Assembly (NCBI GenBank): GCA_902406155.1
Contig: CABPCW010000001.1
Location: 8,272-72,271, forward strand
DNA length: 64,000 bases
Direction of reading: 5' to 3'
Origin: an uncultured Collinsella sp.
GTDB lineage: Bacteria > Actinomycetota > Coriobacteriia > Coriobacteriales > Coriobacteriaceae
Within the stretch, counting starts at the first letter, position 1, and every line of letters begins with the position of its first letter. Both the position numbers and the translations under genes were made by a program. The notes under the pieces were generated by a model. It did no database searches. It saw only the letters and a program-made list of their open reading frames with translations, and was not told the DNA's origin. Positions 29,922-39,358 of this stretch are shown here, piece after piece.

Positions 29922-30716
29922 TTAAGCCTCCTCGGTCTTGCTCAGTCCACCAAACCTACGGTCACGGCCCTGATAGGCCAAAATGGCGTCGACAAGGCCC
30001 CAACGATCAAAGTCAGGCCAATAGGTATCGGTGACGTAGAATTCGGAATAAGCCACCTGCCACAGCAGATAGTTCGAAAGGCGCAGCTCACCAGAGGTGC
30101 GAATCACAAGTTCGGGATCGGGAAGACCGGCGGTATAGAGGTGGGAAGCCACCATGTCGTCATCAATTGCGGCAGGATCGATCTTACCGGCGGCAGCGTC
30201 GGATGCGATCTGACGGACAGCGCGGGTAATCTCGGCACGCGCGCCGTAGTTGACGGCAAGCGCCAGCGTCATACCGGTGTGATCGGCGCACTCGGCAAGA
30301 CCGCGCTCAAAAACGTCGCGAGTCTTCTTGGGCAGCGCGGAAATGTCACCCAAAAAGACTACGCGCACATTTTCGCGCTTCAGAAGCGGCAGCTCGTCGA
30401 TAAACGTCTTGGCAAACAGGTGCATCAGAACGTTGACTTCGTGCTGCGGTCGATTCCAGTTTTCGGTCGAAAATGCATAGGCCGAAAGCACGTCGACGCC
30501 CAGGCGCACGCAGGCGGTAATGATCTCGCGCAGCGAGACGATACCCGCCTTGTGGCCCTCGGTGCGTGCAAGACCGCGCGACGTGGCCCAACGACCGTTG
30601 CCGTCCATGATGCACGAGATATGGTGCGGAATGTTATTGAGGTCAAGGTCGGAAAAACCGACGCCCGCAGGGGCGTCGGCAAAGTACTCGACCAGTTTAT
30701 GCTCGTCGTATTGCAC
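29922..30716 (-). CDS. uppS: Undecaprenyl diphosphate synthase
   Basis: IMDGNGRW, FSTENWNR, RTSGELRLSNYLLWQ, RRFGG. Confidence 0.96.
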   Translation of the reverse strand: MQYDEHKLVEYFADAPAGVGFSDLDLNNIPHHISCIMDGNGRWATSRGLARTEGHKAGIVSLREIITACVRLGVDVLSAYAFSTENWNRPQHEVNVLMHLFAKTFIDELPLLKRENVRVVFLGDISALPKKTRDVFERGLAECADHTGMTLALAVNYGARAEITRAVRQIASDAAAGKIDPAAIDDDMVASHLYTAGLPDPELVIRTSGELRLSNYLLWQVAYSEFYVTDTYWPDFDRWGLVDAILAYQGRDRRFGGLSKTEEA

Positions 30717-30717
30717 C

Positions 30718-31254
30718 TTAGATCTCCATGACCTCGGCTTCTTTTTCCTTCAGAAGCTCCTCGACCTTGGCGACATACTCATCGGTATGCTTCTGGACCT
30801 TGGCCTGCTCGCGACGTACGTCGTCCTCGGTGAGCTCCTCATCGCGCTCGAGCTTGTTGTTGAAGTCGCGACGGATGTTACGGATAGACACCTTGGCCTG
30901 CTCGGCGTACTCGCGGCACTCCTTGACGAGCTCGCGACGGCGCTCCTCAGTGGGAGCCGGGAACGGAAGACGAACGACGGTGCCATCGGAGTTGGGGGTA
31001 ATACCCAGATCGGAAGCGCCGATGGCCTTGACGATAGCATTGATGAGCGCCTTATCCCACGGCTCGATGAGCAGCATGTGAGCCTCGGGGGTCTTGACGG
31101 CGGCAACCTGCGTGACCGGCGTGGGGACACCGTAATAATCGACGGTGATGTCGGACAGAATGTTGGCGTTGGCACGACCGGTACGGACCTTGGAGAAGTT
31201 ATGCTTGAGGGACTCGAGCGACTTGTCCATATGGGCGGTGATGTTCTCTGCCAT
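30718..31254 (-). CDS. frr: Ribosome recycling factor
   Basis: RTGRAN, YYGVPTP, TEERRRELVK, RNIRRD. Confidence 0.97.
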   Translation of the reverse strand: MAENITAHMDKSLESLKHNFSKVRTGRANANILSDITVDYYGVPTPVTQVAAVKTPEAHMLLIEPWDKALINAIVKAIGASDLGITPNSDGTVVRLPFPAPTEERRRELVKECREYAEQAKVSIRNIRRDFNNKLERDEELTEDDVRREQAKVQKHTDEYVAKVEELLKEKEAEVMEI

Positions 31255-31256
31255 GC

Positions 31257-31979
31257 TTAATCCTCCTGATAGACGAGCGTGCCGACGGGCTCACCCGCGA
31301 GCGCGCGCTTGACGGTGTCCTCGCCATCGATGTTGAGGACCAAAATCGGCATACGGTTATCCTGGCACAGTGCCGTAGCCGTGGAATCCATAACCTGCAG
31401 ACCGCGGACGAGAACCTCGTGATAGGTAATCTTGTCAAAACGGACGGCATCGGCGCACTTGACGGGATCCTTGTCGTAGATGCCGTCAACCTTGGTGGCT
31501 TTAATCAGAATCTCGGCGCCGATCTCGCACGCACGAAGAGCCGCGGCGGTGTCGGTCGTAAAGTACGGATTGCCCGAACCGGCAGCGAAGATGACGACGT
31601 TGCCCTTGGACAGATGGTTGATAGCGCGGCGACGAATATAGGGCTCGCAGATCTCGTTCATCTGGATAGCGCTCATCACGCGGCAAGGAACATCGTTGTG
31701 CTCAAAGGCATCCTGCAGGGCGAGCGCGTTCATAACGGTTGCCAGCATCCCCATGTAGTCGGCCTGAGCACGCTCCATGCCACCGGCAGCGCCTGCCATG
31801 CCGCGGAAAATATTGCCGCCGCCGACAACGACGCCGACCTCATGGCCAACGGCGAGCAGTTCCTTGACCTGCTTGGCAAGATGATCGGTAACCTTGGGGT
31901 CGATGCCATATTGGCCGTCGCCCATCAGTGCTTCGCCGGAAAGCTTAAGAAGCACGCGTTTATATCGGATGTCGGACAA
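31257..31979 (-). CDS. pyrH: UMP kinase
   Basis: [30 protein letters not shown]. Confidence 0.97.
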   Translation of the reverse strand: MSDIRYKRVLLKLSGEALMGDGQYGIDPKVTDHLAKQVKELLAVGHEVGVVVGGGNIFRGMAGAAGGMERAQADYMGMLATVMNALALQDAFEHNDVPCRVMSAIQMNEICEPYIRRRAINHLSKGNVVIFAAGSGNPYFTTDTAAALRACEIGAEILIKATKVDGIYDKDPVKCADAVRFDKITYHEVLVRGLQVMDSTATALCQDNRMPILVLNIDGEDTVKRALAGEPVGTLVYQED

Positions 31980-32038
31980 AGCGATCCTCCTTTAATTAGA
32001 CTCTCAATATGATATCAAAGGCTCTGATAAGAGCCATG

Positions 32039-32072
32039 AAAAAGCAGGCTGTGAGTAAAACCCACAGCCTGC
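32039..32072 (-). terminator. Intrinsic terminator of rpsB-tsf
   Basis: gcaggctgtg/cacagcctgc stem plus T5 on the minus strand. Confidence 0.8.
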
Positions 32073-32096
32073 TCATTACCAGCTACAAGAGCTTAT

Positions 32097-32966
32097 TTAC
32101 TCGCCACGGACCAGACGGTCAAAGGCAACGACGGTAATGGTGTCGCCGAGCTCCTTGGAGACCTGCTCAGCGTACTTCTTGATGGTGAGGGAGCTGTCCT
32201 TGATGAACTCCTGCTCGGTGAGCACGGACTGCTTGTAGAACTTCTCCAGACGGCCAACAGCCATCTTCTCCTGGATAGCCTCGGGCTTGCCGGACTCGGC
32301 AGCCTGGGCCATGTAGATCTGCTTCTCGTGCTCGACGGTCTCGGCCGGAACCTGATCGCGGGTAGCGCAGATCGGGGCGACGGCGGCAACCTGAAGGGCA
32401 ACGTCGTGAGCGAAGGTCTTGAAGGACTCAGCCTGAGCGGTCTCGGCCTTCTCGAAGGCGAACTCGACGAGGACGCCGATCTTACCACCCATGTGGATGT
32501 AAGAAGCGAGCGCGCCGTTCTCGGCCTTGCGGGCAGCGAAGCGGGAGATCTTCATGTTCTCGCCCATGATGTGAATCATCTCGGTGAGCTCGGAGGAAAC
32601 GGTCTCCTCGCCCATCGGCTTCTCGAGCAGAGCATCGACGTCAGCAGGCTCGGTGGTAGCGACAACCTCAGCGACCTTAGAAGCAAAGCCGGTGAACTTG
32701 GCGTTGGAGCCAACGAAGTCGGTCTCGCAGGAGAGCTCGAGCAGAGCGCCGGTCTTGCCATCCTCGGAGACGAACGCGGCGACAGCGCCCTCGTTGGTCT
32801 CACGGCCAGCCTTCTTGGCAGCCTTGGCAAGGCCGTTCTTACGCAGAACGTCGACAGCGGCGTCCATGTCGCCGTCAGCCTCGACGAGAGCCTTCTTGCA
32901 CTCCATCATCGGGGAGTCGGTCATCTCGCGGAGCTGCTTGACCATAGCGGCGGTAATCTGGGCCAT
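32097..32966 (-). CDS. tsf: Elongation factor Ts
   Basis: VKQLREMT..MMECKKAL, CETDFV, GKPEAI. Confidence 0.97.
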   Translation of the reverse strand: MAQITAAMVKQLREMTDSPMMECKKALVEADGDMDAAVDVLRKNGLAKAAKKAGRETNEGAVAAFVSEDGKTGALLELSCETDFVGSNAKFTGFASKVAEVVATTEPADVDALLEKPMGEETVSSELTEMIHIMGENMKISRFAARKAENGALASYIHMGGKIGVLVEFAFEKAETAQAESFKTFAHDVALQVAAVAPICATRDQVPAETVEHEKQIYMAQAAESGKPEAIQEKMAVGRLEKFYKQSVLTEQEFIKDSSLTIKKYAEQVSKELGDTITVVAFDRLVRGE

Positions 32967-33011
32967 TGTGGTTCCTTTCAAAGAGATGAAAAAGAATTAA
33001 CTAAGACTGAT

Positions 33012-33740
33012 TTACTCGGCCTTGGGCTCAGCGGCCATCTCAGCCTCGGAGACCTGCTCCTTACCGGAGCCAGCGAGGCAGGCGTCAGCCATGAGCTCGC
33101 ACATAAGGGTGACAGCGGAGATAGCGTCATCGTTGCAGGGGATGCCGTACTCGACCTCGTCGGGATCGGAGTTGGTGTCGATCAGAGCGACGACGGGGAT
33201 GTTCAGGCGCTGAGCCTCCTTGATGGCGTTCTCCTCGCGCTTAGTGTCGATGACGAAGAGAGCCTGGGGCAGACCCTTCATGTCGCGGGCGCCACCGAGG
33301 TTGGTCTGGAGCTTGGTGAGCTCCTTGCCGAGCACAGCCTGCTCCTTCTTGGGGAGCACTGCCATGCGGCCGTCCTCGACCATGGCCTCGAGCTCCTCCA
33401 TGCGGTTGATGCGGGAGCGGATGGTGACGAAGTTGGTCAGCATACCGCCGAGCCAACGCTGGTTGATGTAGGGCATATTAGCGCGCTCAGCAGCGTTCTT
33501 GACGGCCTCCTGAGCCTGCTTCTTGGTGCCGACGAACAGCACGTTGCCGCCCTTGGCGACGTTCTTGACGAAGGTGTAGGCCTGGTCGGCGTCGAGGATG
33601 GTCTGCTTAAGGTCGAGGATGTAGATGCCGTTGCGCTCACCGAAGATGAACGGCTTCATCTTGGGGTTCCAGCGACGGGTCTGGTGACCGAAGTGGCAGC
33701 CGGCCTCGAGCAGGGTGCGGATATTAATCTTGGTAGCCAT
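33012..33740 (-). CDS. rpsB: 30S ribosomal protein S2
   Basis: [45 protein letters not shown]. Confidence 0.98.
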   Translation of the reverse strand: MATKINIRTLLEAGCHFGHQTRRWNPKMKPFIFGERNGIYILDLKQTILDADQAYTFVKNVAKGGNVLFVGTKKQAQEAVKNAAERANMPYINQRWLGGMLTNFVTIRSRINRMEELEAMVEDGRMAVLPKKEQAVLGKELTKLQTNLGGARDMKGLPQALFVIDTKREENAIKEAQRLNIPVVALIDTNSDPDEVEYGIPCNDDAISAVTLMCELMADACLAGSGKEQVSEAEMAAEPKAE

Positions 33741-33890
33741 GTTAAACCTCCTGTGGTTTGCCTCCGCGCGGGGTCATCCTCCAAAACCAACCCGGACATG
33801 TGCTACCAAAGCCCGGGCACCACGGTATGAAGTAGCCGCGCGTGCGTGATAAAAACCTGTTGCCGTGAAGCAACCCGATGAATGATAGCA
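33741..33890 (-). promoter_or_regulatory. rpsB promoter (TGcTATCAT) and long structured leader, probable S2 autoregulatory leader
   Basis: About 135-nt UTR with cgcgcgg/ccgcgcg outer stem, cccgggc/gtccggg inner stem and GUGC/GCAC complementarity. Confidence 0.5.
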
Positions 33891-33959
33891 GGAATGCATC
33901 TTCCTGCCAACCCGCAATCAAAACCACACACCTGAGCGCGGCGCGGGACGTCCCAGCCA

Positions 33960-34880
33960 CTATTCGCCGCGGGGATGGGCTTGAGCCACAGCCCGCTTAA
34001 GCCGATCGGGTGTGAGATGCGTGTAGATCTGCGTCGTGGACAGGCTCGCATGGCCCAGCAGCTCTTGAACCGAGCGCAGGTCCGCACCGCCCTCGAGCAA
34101 GTCGGTCGCAAAGGTATGGCGCATCGCATGCGGGGCGATGTCGGCAGGCATGCCGGCGAGCGTCGCCAGCGTATGAAACCGCCGCCTGAGCATGGCGGCA
34201 CTCATGCGATTACCGCGCGCCGATATAAGCAGCGGATGCGGCCCGGTAACGGGGTCACGACGCTTTGCCTGAGCGAGCAACTCCGGCCTTCCCTCCTCAA
34301 TATAGAGACGCGTCGCCTCGAGCGCACGACGATACAGAGGGACGATACGTTCTTTGCTCCCCTTGCCCCACAGGCGCAGCGTGCGTTCGGACCACGCAAT
34401 GGACTCCACATTGAGTGCTGCGAGCTCAGAGATACGGGCGCCCGAGGCATAGAGCAGCTCGAGCATCGCCGCATCGCGCAGTCCCGCGGGTGTTGAGGTA
34501 TCAGGCGTCTTGAGCAGCGCCTCCACCTGTTGGGTCGTCAGCACACCGGGTAGATCGCGCGGGAGCTTGGGCGAGGAAATTGCCGAGACCACATCGCCCT
34601 CCACGACCCCCTCGGCAGCCATCCATCGATAGAGCGATCGGATAGCCGACAGATGCGCCGCAAGCGTTCGGGGAGCCACCTGCTCACGCGAAAGCTCGGC
34701 AAGATAGCGACGAATGGTGCGCACGTCGGCAGCGAAAGCATCGATATCCTCGCGCTCGCACCAGGCAGCAAAGCGCTCCAGCCTCGAGCCATAGGCCGTC
34801 ACCGTATTGGGAGAAAGCCCCTCGACACGTGCGATATAGGCGATAAACGAGTCGACGGTGTCGTACAGGTCAAAGGCTAT
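33960..34880 (-). CDS. xerC: Tyrosine recombinase XerC/XerD
   Basis: LYASGARISE, GKGSKER, HAMRHTFAT, LLGHASLSTTQIY. Frame extends 26 codons upstream of the GTG at 34802 to a putative ATA start. XerC rather than XerD is assigned from trmFO synteny only. Confidence 0.88.
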   Translation of the reverse strand: MAFDLYDTVDSFIAYIARVEGLSPNTVTAYGSRLERFAAWCEREDIDAFAADVRTIRRYLAELSREQVAPRTLAAHLSAIRSLYRWMAAEGVVEGDVVSAISSPKLPRDLPGVLTTQQVEALLKTPDTSTPAGLRDAAMLELLYASGARISELAALNVESIAWSERTLRLWGKGSKERIVPLYRRALEATRLYIEEGRPELLAQAKRRDPVTGPHPLLISARGNRMSAAMLRRRFHTLATLAGMPADIAPHAMRHTFATDLLEGGADLRSVQELLGHASLSTTQIYTHLTPDRLKRAVAQAHPRGE

Positions 34881-36214
34881 GACCGGTCGCCTCCAAACAG
34901 ATCGGGGCGAGTGGCCAGATAGGCATCAAGGGCCTCGAGCGCACGGTCCGCATAGGCCTGGTAGCGGTCGCGCTTGCTGCGGCGCTTACCATCCTCGAGT
35001 GGCGGCACCAGGCCAAAGTTGACATGCATAGGCTGATAGCCCACCGTGGCCGGATCGGTAGCATAGCCCACGAGCGCGCCCAAAGCACCCACGCGCGGCA
35101 GCTCGATGGGAGCGGCCCCGACAGCCTCGGCATAGGTGTTGAGTGCCGCGAGCAGACCTGTCGCCACGGCTTCCATGTACCCCTCGGTGCCGGTGATCTG
35201 ACCGGCCAGGCGCACGCCGGTACCAGGCACGGCAAAGGTGCCATCGAGCACGTGCGGCGCATCGACAAAGGTATTGCGGTGCATGACACCGTAGCGGAAG
35301 AACTCAGCGTTCTCCAGGCCCGGCACCATATGGAAGACGCGCTTCTGCTCGCCAAAGGTCAGGTTGGTCTGGAAGCCCACCAGGTTATAGGCGGTCTTCT
35401 CCTTGTTCTCGGCACGCAGCTGAATCGCCGCCCAGGGACGACGACCGGTTCGCGGGTCGGTGAGGCCGACGGGCTTCATGGCGCCAAAGCGAATGGCGTC
35501 CTTGCCGGTGCGCGCAACTTCCTCGGCAGGCTGGCAGGCCTGGAACAGATCGCCGCCCTCAAAGTCTTTGAGCACCACGCGGTCGGCCGTGGTAAGCGCC
35601 TCGATAAAGGCCTCGTACTCTTCCTTGTTGAGCGGAGCGTTGAGATAGTCGCCGCTCCCCTGCTCCTCGTAGCGCGACTGCGAGAACAGCACGTCCATAT
35701 CGAGCGTGGAGGCATCGACGATCGGCGCCGCGGCATCGAAGAACGCAAGGGCGTCGCCACCGACGAGCTTCACGACCTCTTCGCTCAACGCCGGCGAGCA
35801 CAAGGGGCCGGCGGCAATGACCACGTGACCTTCGGGAATCTGCGCGACCTCGCCGTGAACGATCTCGATATTGGGACGGGCGGCAACCTCGTCCTCGACA
35901 AGCTCGGAAAACTTGACGCGGTCGACCGCCAAGGCGCCACCGGCGGGAACAGCCGCGCGATGGGCGCAATCGAGCAGGACCGAACCCATGCGCTCAAGCT
36001 CGGCCTTCAGCAAACCAGCCGCGGAATCCGGACGGGTCGACTTAAACGAATTGGAACAGACGAGCTCTGCCAGGTGATCGGTATGGTGGGCCGGGGAGCT
36101 CACCTGGGGGCGCATCTCGCACAGCTTTACGGAAAACCCGCGATCCGCCAGCTGAATCGCGCACTCCGAACCCGCCAGACCGCCACCGATAACCGTCACC
36201 TGATCAAACAGCAT
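34877..36214 (-). CDS. trmFO: Folate/FAD-dependent tRNA m5U54 methyltransferase TrmFO (Gid)
   Basis: GGGLAGSE, ELVCSNS, FFDAAAP, VGFQT, RYGVMHRN, GQITGTEGY, QPMHVNFG. Confidence 0.95.
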   Translation of the reverse strand: MLFDQVTVIGGGLAGSECAIQLADRGFSVKLCEMRPQVSSPAHHTDHLAELVCSNSFKSTRPDSAAGLLKAELERMGSVLLDCAHRAAVPAGGALAVDRVKFSELVEDEVAARPNIEIVHGEVAQIPEGHVVIAAGPLCSPALSEEVVKLVGGDALAFFDAAAPIVDASTLDMDVLFSQSRYEEQGSGDYLNAPLNKEEYEAFIEALTTADRVVLKDFEGGDLFQACQPAEEVARTGKDAIRFGAMKPVGLTDPRTGRRPWAAIQLRAENKEKTAYNLVGFQTNLTFGEQKRVFHMVPGLENAEFFRYGVMHRNTFVDAPHVLDGTFAVPGTGVRLAGQITGTEGYMEAVATGLLAALNTYAEAVGAAPIELPRVGALGALVGYATDPATVGYQPMHVNFGLVPPLEDGKRRSKRDRYQAYADRALEALDAYLATRPDLFGGDRS

Positions 36215-36228
36215 CTGCAAACACCTTT

Positions 36229-37164
36229 CTAATTGACATGTTTTCCATTGTGACCGAAGGGTGTCTGGGCGTGAAGAGCAAACTTGGAGGGCGCATACCT
36301 TCCATCCATCATGCGCTCGATAAGGCCCTCGAGCTCAAGCGAACCCAGGAGCTTAAGTACGCCAACGGCATCGAGCGAGACGAGTGCCGCGATGTCGTCG
36401 ACCTTGAGCGGAGAGGCGATGAGTGCATGCATCACGGTCTGCTGTGTTTGATCCAGGTCGGCAATGCCGGGAGCATCGGGGCGCGAGTAGCGCAGGGTGC
36501 CGTAGATGCGTGAAATAGCCATCTCGATAGATTCCTCGTCGATGATGCAGCAGGCACCGTTCGCAATGAGGTAATTCGTGCCACGCGACTCGGGCGATAG
36601 GATCGACCCCGGCACGGCAAGAAGTTCTCGCCCCAAATCCATAGCAGCCTCGGCTGTAGAAAACGTCCCGGAAGGCATACCCGCCTCGGATACAAAGAGG
36701 GCTTGCGACAAGGCCGCGATTACGCGATTGCGGCGCGGAAAGGCAAACTTGCGCGGACCCATGCCCCACGGAGAGATCGACACGACCGCGCCACCCGTAT
36801 CGAGCGTGCGCGTAATAAGCCCCGCGCTCGAACGCGGGTAGACCACGTCGGCGCCCGTCCCCAGCACCACGACGTGTTTGCCGCCGGCATTGACCGCAGC
36901 CCAACCCGAGGCCTGGTCACAACCGACCGCGCCGCCCGAAACTACCGTCACGCCCGCCTCGACCGCAACCTTTGCCGCAAGCTCTGCCACGGCAAGACCA
37001 TACGGAGAGGCCTTGCGCGCGCCGATGATGGAGAGCGCGGGCGTCGAAAGCACCTCGGGGTTGCCGCGCACATAGAGTGTCTGGGGTACATCAGAAAGCT
37101 CCAAAACGGTCTCGGGATACAACGCGTCACCTGGATGCAGCTCGAAGGTCCCCTCGGCCATCAT
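36229..37164 (-). CDS. dprA: DNA processing protein DprA
   Basis: IIGARKASPYG, VSGGAVGCD, FPRRNRVIAALS, AVPG, C-terminal wHTH. Confidence 0.94.
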   Translation of the reverse strand: MMAEGTFELHPGDALYPETVLELSDVPQTLYVRGNPEVLSTPALSIIGARKASPYGLAVAELAAKVAVEAGVTVVSGGAVGCDQASGWAAVNAGGKHVVVLGTGADVVYPRSSAGLITRTLDTGGAVVSISPWGMGPRKFAFPRRNRVIAALSQALFVSEAGMPSGTFSTAEAAMDLGRELLAVPGSILSPESRGTNYLIANGACCIIDEESIEMAISRIYGTLRYSRPDAPGIADLDQTQQTVMHALIASPLKVDDIAALVSLDAVGVLKLLGSLELEGLIERMMDGRYAPSKFALHAQTPFGHNGKHVN

Positions 37165-38684
37165 TGGTCCCTCCTTCCCTGGTACATCGCCGCCTCGAGC
37201 ACGTGGTCCTGCGTCACTTGCTCGCTCTCGGCGACGTCGGCGATGGTACGCGCGATACGCACCAGGCGCACGATGCCGCGGCCCGTGAGATGCGTGCGCT
37301 TCGACAGGCCGAGCACACACTTCTCCGCCGCATCATCGAGCTCAAAGGTCGAAACGACGCCGTCAATGGACCGTGTCTCGTCATCCTCGGCCTCGGCATC
37401 AGCATCGTCCATACGGGATTCGCGCCAAGCGCGAAAAGCGCGACCGCGCACAACGTAGTCACGTAACTCAGCTGACGACATACCCTCCGCGCCCTCGATA
37501 ATCACCTGAGGGTCGGGACGGGTCACATCGATCATCATGTCGATACGGTCGGCCAAAGGACCGCGCAGTTTAGACCGATAGCGCTCGACCATCGCCGCCG
37601 AGCAGCGACACGGTACCTCACGATCGCCCAAAAAGCCGCAGGGGCAGGGATTGCTCGCAGCCAGCAGCTGAAAGCGCGACGGGAAGGTAAAAGCCCCGTC
37701 GACGCGTACGATCCTGACGTAGCCGCGTTCGATGGGCTGACGCAGCGTCTGCAGCACACCCGTGGGAAACTCAGCAAGCTCGTCCAAAAATAGCACGCCG
37801 CCATGAGCAAGGCTGATCTCACCCGGGTGCACCGGGCGCCCACCGCCGATAAGACCTGCGGTCGAAATACTGTGATGGGGACTGCGGAAGGGCCGGTGCC
37901 CCGCCAACAAGCCATCAATGTTCTCACCCAAAACCGAATGGATGCACAGCGCCTCCTGTTGATCCTCAACGGAAAGCTCGGGCAGGATGCCGGTCATACG
38001 ACGCGCGAGCATCGTCTTGCCCGATCCCGGGGACCCGATCATGAGCAAGCCGAGTTCTCCTGCCGCCGCAAGCGCCATGCCGCGCTTGGCGACCTCCTGC
38101 CCCAGTACGTCGGCATAGTCGAGCTCGGGCTCAAAGGTCGCCTCGAGCACTTCAGAATCCAAGTAGTGCCGCGCGGCATCGCCCATGCCATGGGCAAGCT
38201 GAGACAAATGATCGATGAATCCACAATCCACGCCCGCAAGCGGCACATGCTGATCGGACCTGCCGGCGATAAAGGACAGCCCCATATCACGCGCCAATAG
38301 CTGAAACGCCACCTCGCCCTTGACAGGAAGCACCGTACCGTCCAAGCCAAGCTCACCAGCGATAAGACAACGATCGAGGTTGTCGCGGGGAATCTGACCA
38401 TCGGCCGCCAATACCGCGATGGCGATGGGCAGATCAAAGCCGCTACCGGTCTTGCGAATATCGCCAGGCGCCAGATTGACCGTAATGCCCGAGCGCGGGA
38501 TCTCGAACCCGGCGGAGCGCATCGCGCAGCGAATACGACCGCGTGACTCCATCACCTCCATGCTCGGAATGCCGAGCATCTGGATGCCCGGAACGCCACC
38601 GGCAAGCGAGACCTCGACCGTGACGTGAATCGCCTCGACGCCGCGGATGCAGGCCGCGTGAACGGCAAACGTCTCGAACGCCAT
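37161..38684 (-). CDS. comM: ComM/YifB MCM-like AAA+ helicase (Mg-chelatase-like)
   Basis: NLAPGDIRKTGSGFDLPIA, GSPGSGKTMLA, FRSPHH, PGEISLAHGGVLFLDE, NPCPCG, GPLADRID. Confidence 0.94.
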   Translation of the reverse strand: MAFETFAVHAACIRGVEAIHVTVEVSLAGGVPGIQMLGIPSMEVMESRGRIRCAMRSAGFEIPRSGITVNLAPGDIRKTGSGFDLPIAIAVLAADGQIPRDNLDRCLIAGELGLDGTVLPVKGEVAFQLLARDMGLSFIAGRSDQHVPLAGVDCGFIDHLSQLAHGMGDAARHYLDSEVLEATFEPELDYADVLGQEVAKRGMALAAAGELGLLMIGSPGSGKTMLARRMTGILPELSVEDQQEALCIHSVLGENIDGLLAGHRPFRSPHHSISTAGLIGGGRPVHPGEISLAHGGVLFLDELAEFPTGVLQTLRQPIERGYVRIVRVDGAFTFPSRFQLLAASNPCPCGFLGDREVPCRCSAAMVERYRSKLRGPLADRIDMMIDVTRPDPQVIIEGAEGMSSAELRDYVVRGRAFRAWRESRMDDADAEAEDDETRSIDGVVSTFELDDAAEKCVLGLSKRTHLTGRGIVRLVRIARTIADVAESEQVTQDHVLEAAMYQGRRDQ

Positions 38685-39169
38685 CACGACACCTGCCAAT
38701 CGAACGCGTTGTACTGATGCTCGATCTCGGCGATATGCCCGCCACGAATGGTGACGCCCACGGCATCGAAGCGAATCGCCTTGAGCGGATAATGCTCCAT
38801 GAGGTAGCAACTTGCGATGCGGCGGTAGCGGCGTTGCTTTTGGGCGTCCACGGCCTCCTCGGGAAAGACCCGCGTGCTGCAATCCAGTGCAACTCGTCTG
38901 GTTTTGACCTCGGCCATCACCACGACATCGTCGAGCTCATCGAGCAGCACCAGATCGGCCTCGCCCTCGGTGCAACGATAACCCTGCTCCAGCAAGGTGT
39001 AGCCGCGCTCGTTAAAGTAGTCGATGGTGATCAGCTCGCCCAGCATGCCCAGCTCGCGGGAACTGAGTCCCTTGATAAAGTCGGGCGTCATCGCCCCACA
39101 GTCGAGCTCGCCGTTTTCCCAACGCTCCTTGAGTTGCTGCGTCTTGCTCTTTTTGCTTGCGGCACTCAT
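38684..39169 (-). CDS. yraN: YraN (UPF0102) PD-(D/E)XK nuclease with N-terminal extension
   Basis: LGMLGE, GEADLV, EVKTR, EAVDAQK, RFDAV; rnhB-yraN-comM synteny. Confidence 0.88.
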   Translation of the reverse strand: MSAASKKSKTQQLKERWENGELDCGAMTPDFIKGLSSRELGMLGELITIDYFNERGYTLLEQGYRCTEGEADLVLLDELDDVVVMAEVKTRRVALDCSTRVFPEEAVDAQKQRRYRRIASCYLMEHYPLKAIRFDAVGVTIRGGHIAEIEHQYNAFDWQVS

Positions 39170-39240
39170 GGGGTCTCCTTTCCCGCACACTGCATTGCCC
39201 CGATGATGAGGGCACCTTTCATGCGGGTAAGTACCGGAAG

Positions 39241-39260
39241 CAAACCAAAAGCTGACCAAA
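39241..39260 (-). promoter_or_regulatory. Candidate competence-regulator box, copy 2 (TTTGGTCAGCTTTTGGTTTG)
   Basis: 18/20 identical to 10648..10667 upstream of comEA. Confidence 0.6.
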
Positions 39261-39267
39261 TGCCGTC

Positions 39268-39309
39268 AAAAAACGGGCCGTACGCAGCAATGGTGTTGCA
39301 TACGGCCCG
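39268..39309 (-). terminator. Intrinsic terminator of rnhB
   Basis: cgggccgtacgcagca/tgttgcatacggcccg stem plus T6 on the minus strand. Confidence 0.85.
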
Positions 39310-39358
39310 CTACCAGCAGGTTTATAAAACCCCTGAGGTCCCTGTCTCCACAATTGAC

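Noticed and set aside
33781..33810. ACCAAA-rich stretch in the rpsB leader as a third competence box
   Set aside because: Lacks the 11-bp-spaced repeat and the GACCAAA half
33960..34880. Tyrosine recombinase as a prophage or island integrase
   Set aside because: Xer-type sequence in dprA-trmFO-xerC-rpsB housekeeping context; no att sites or cargo seen
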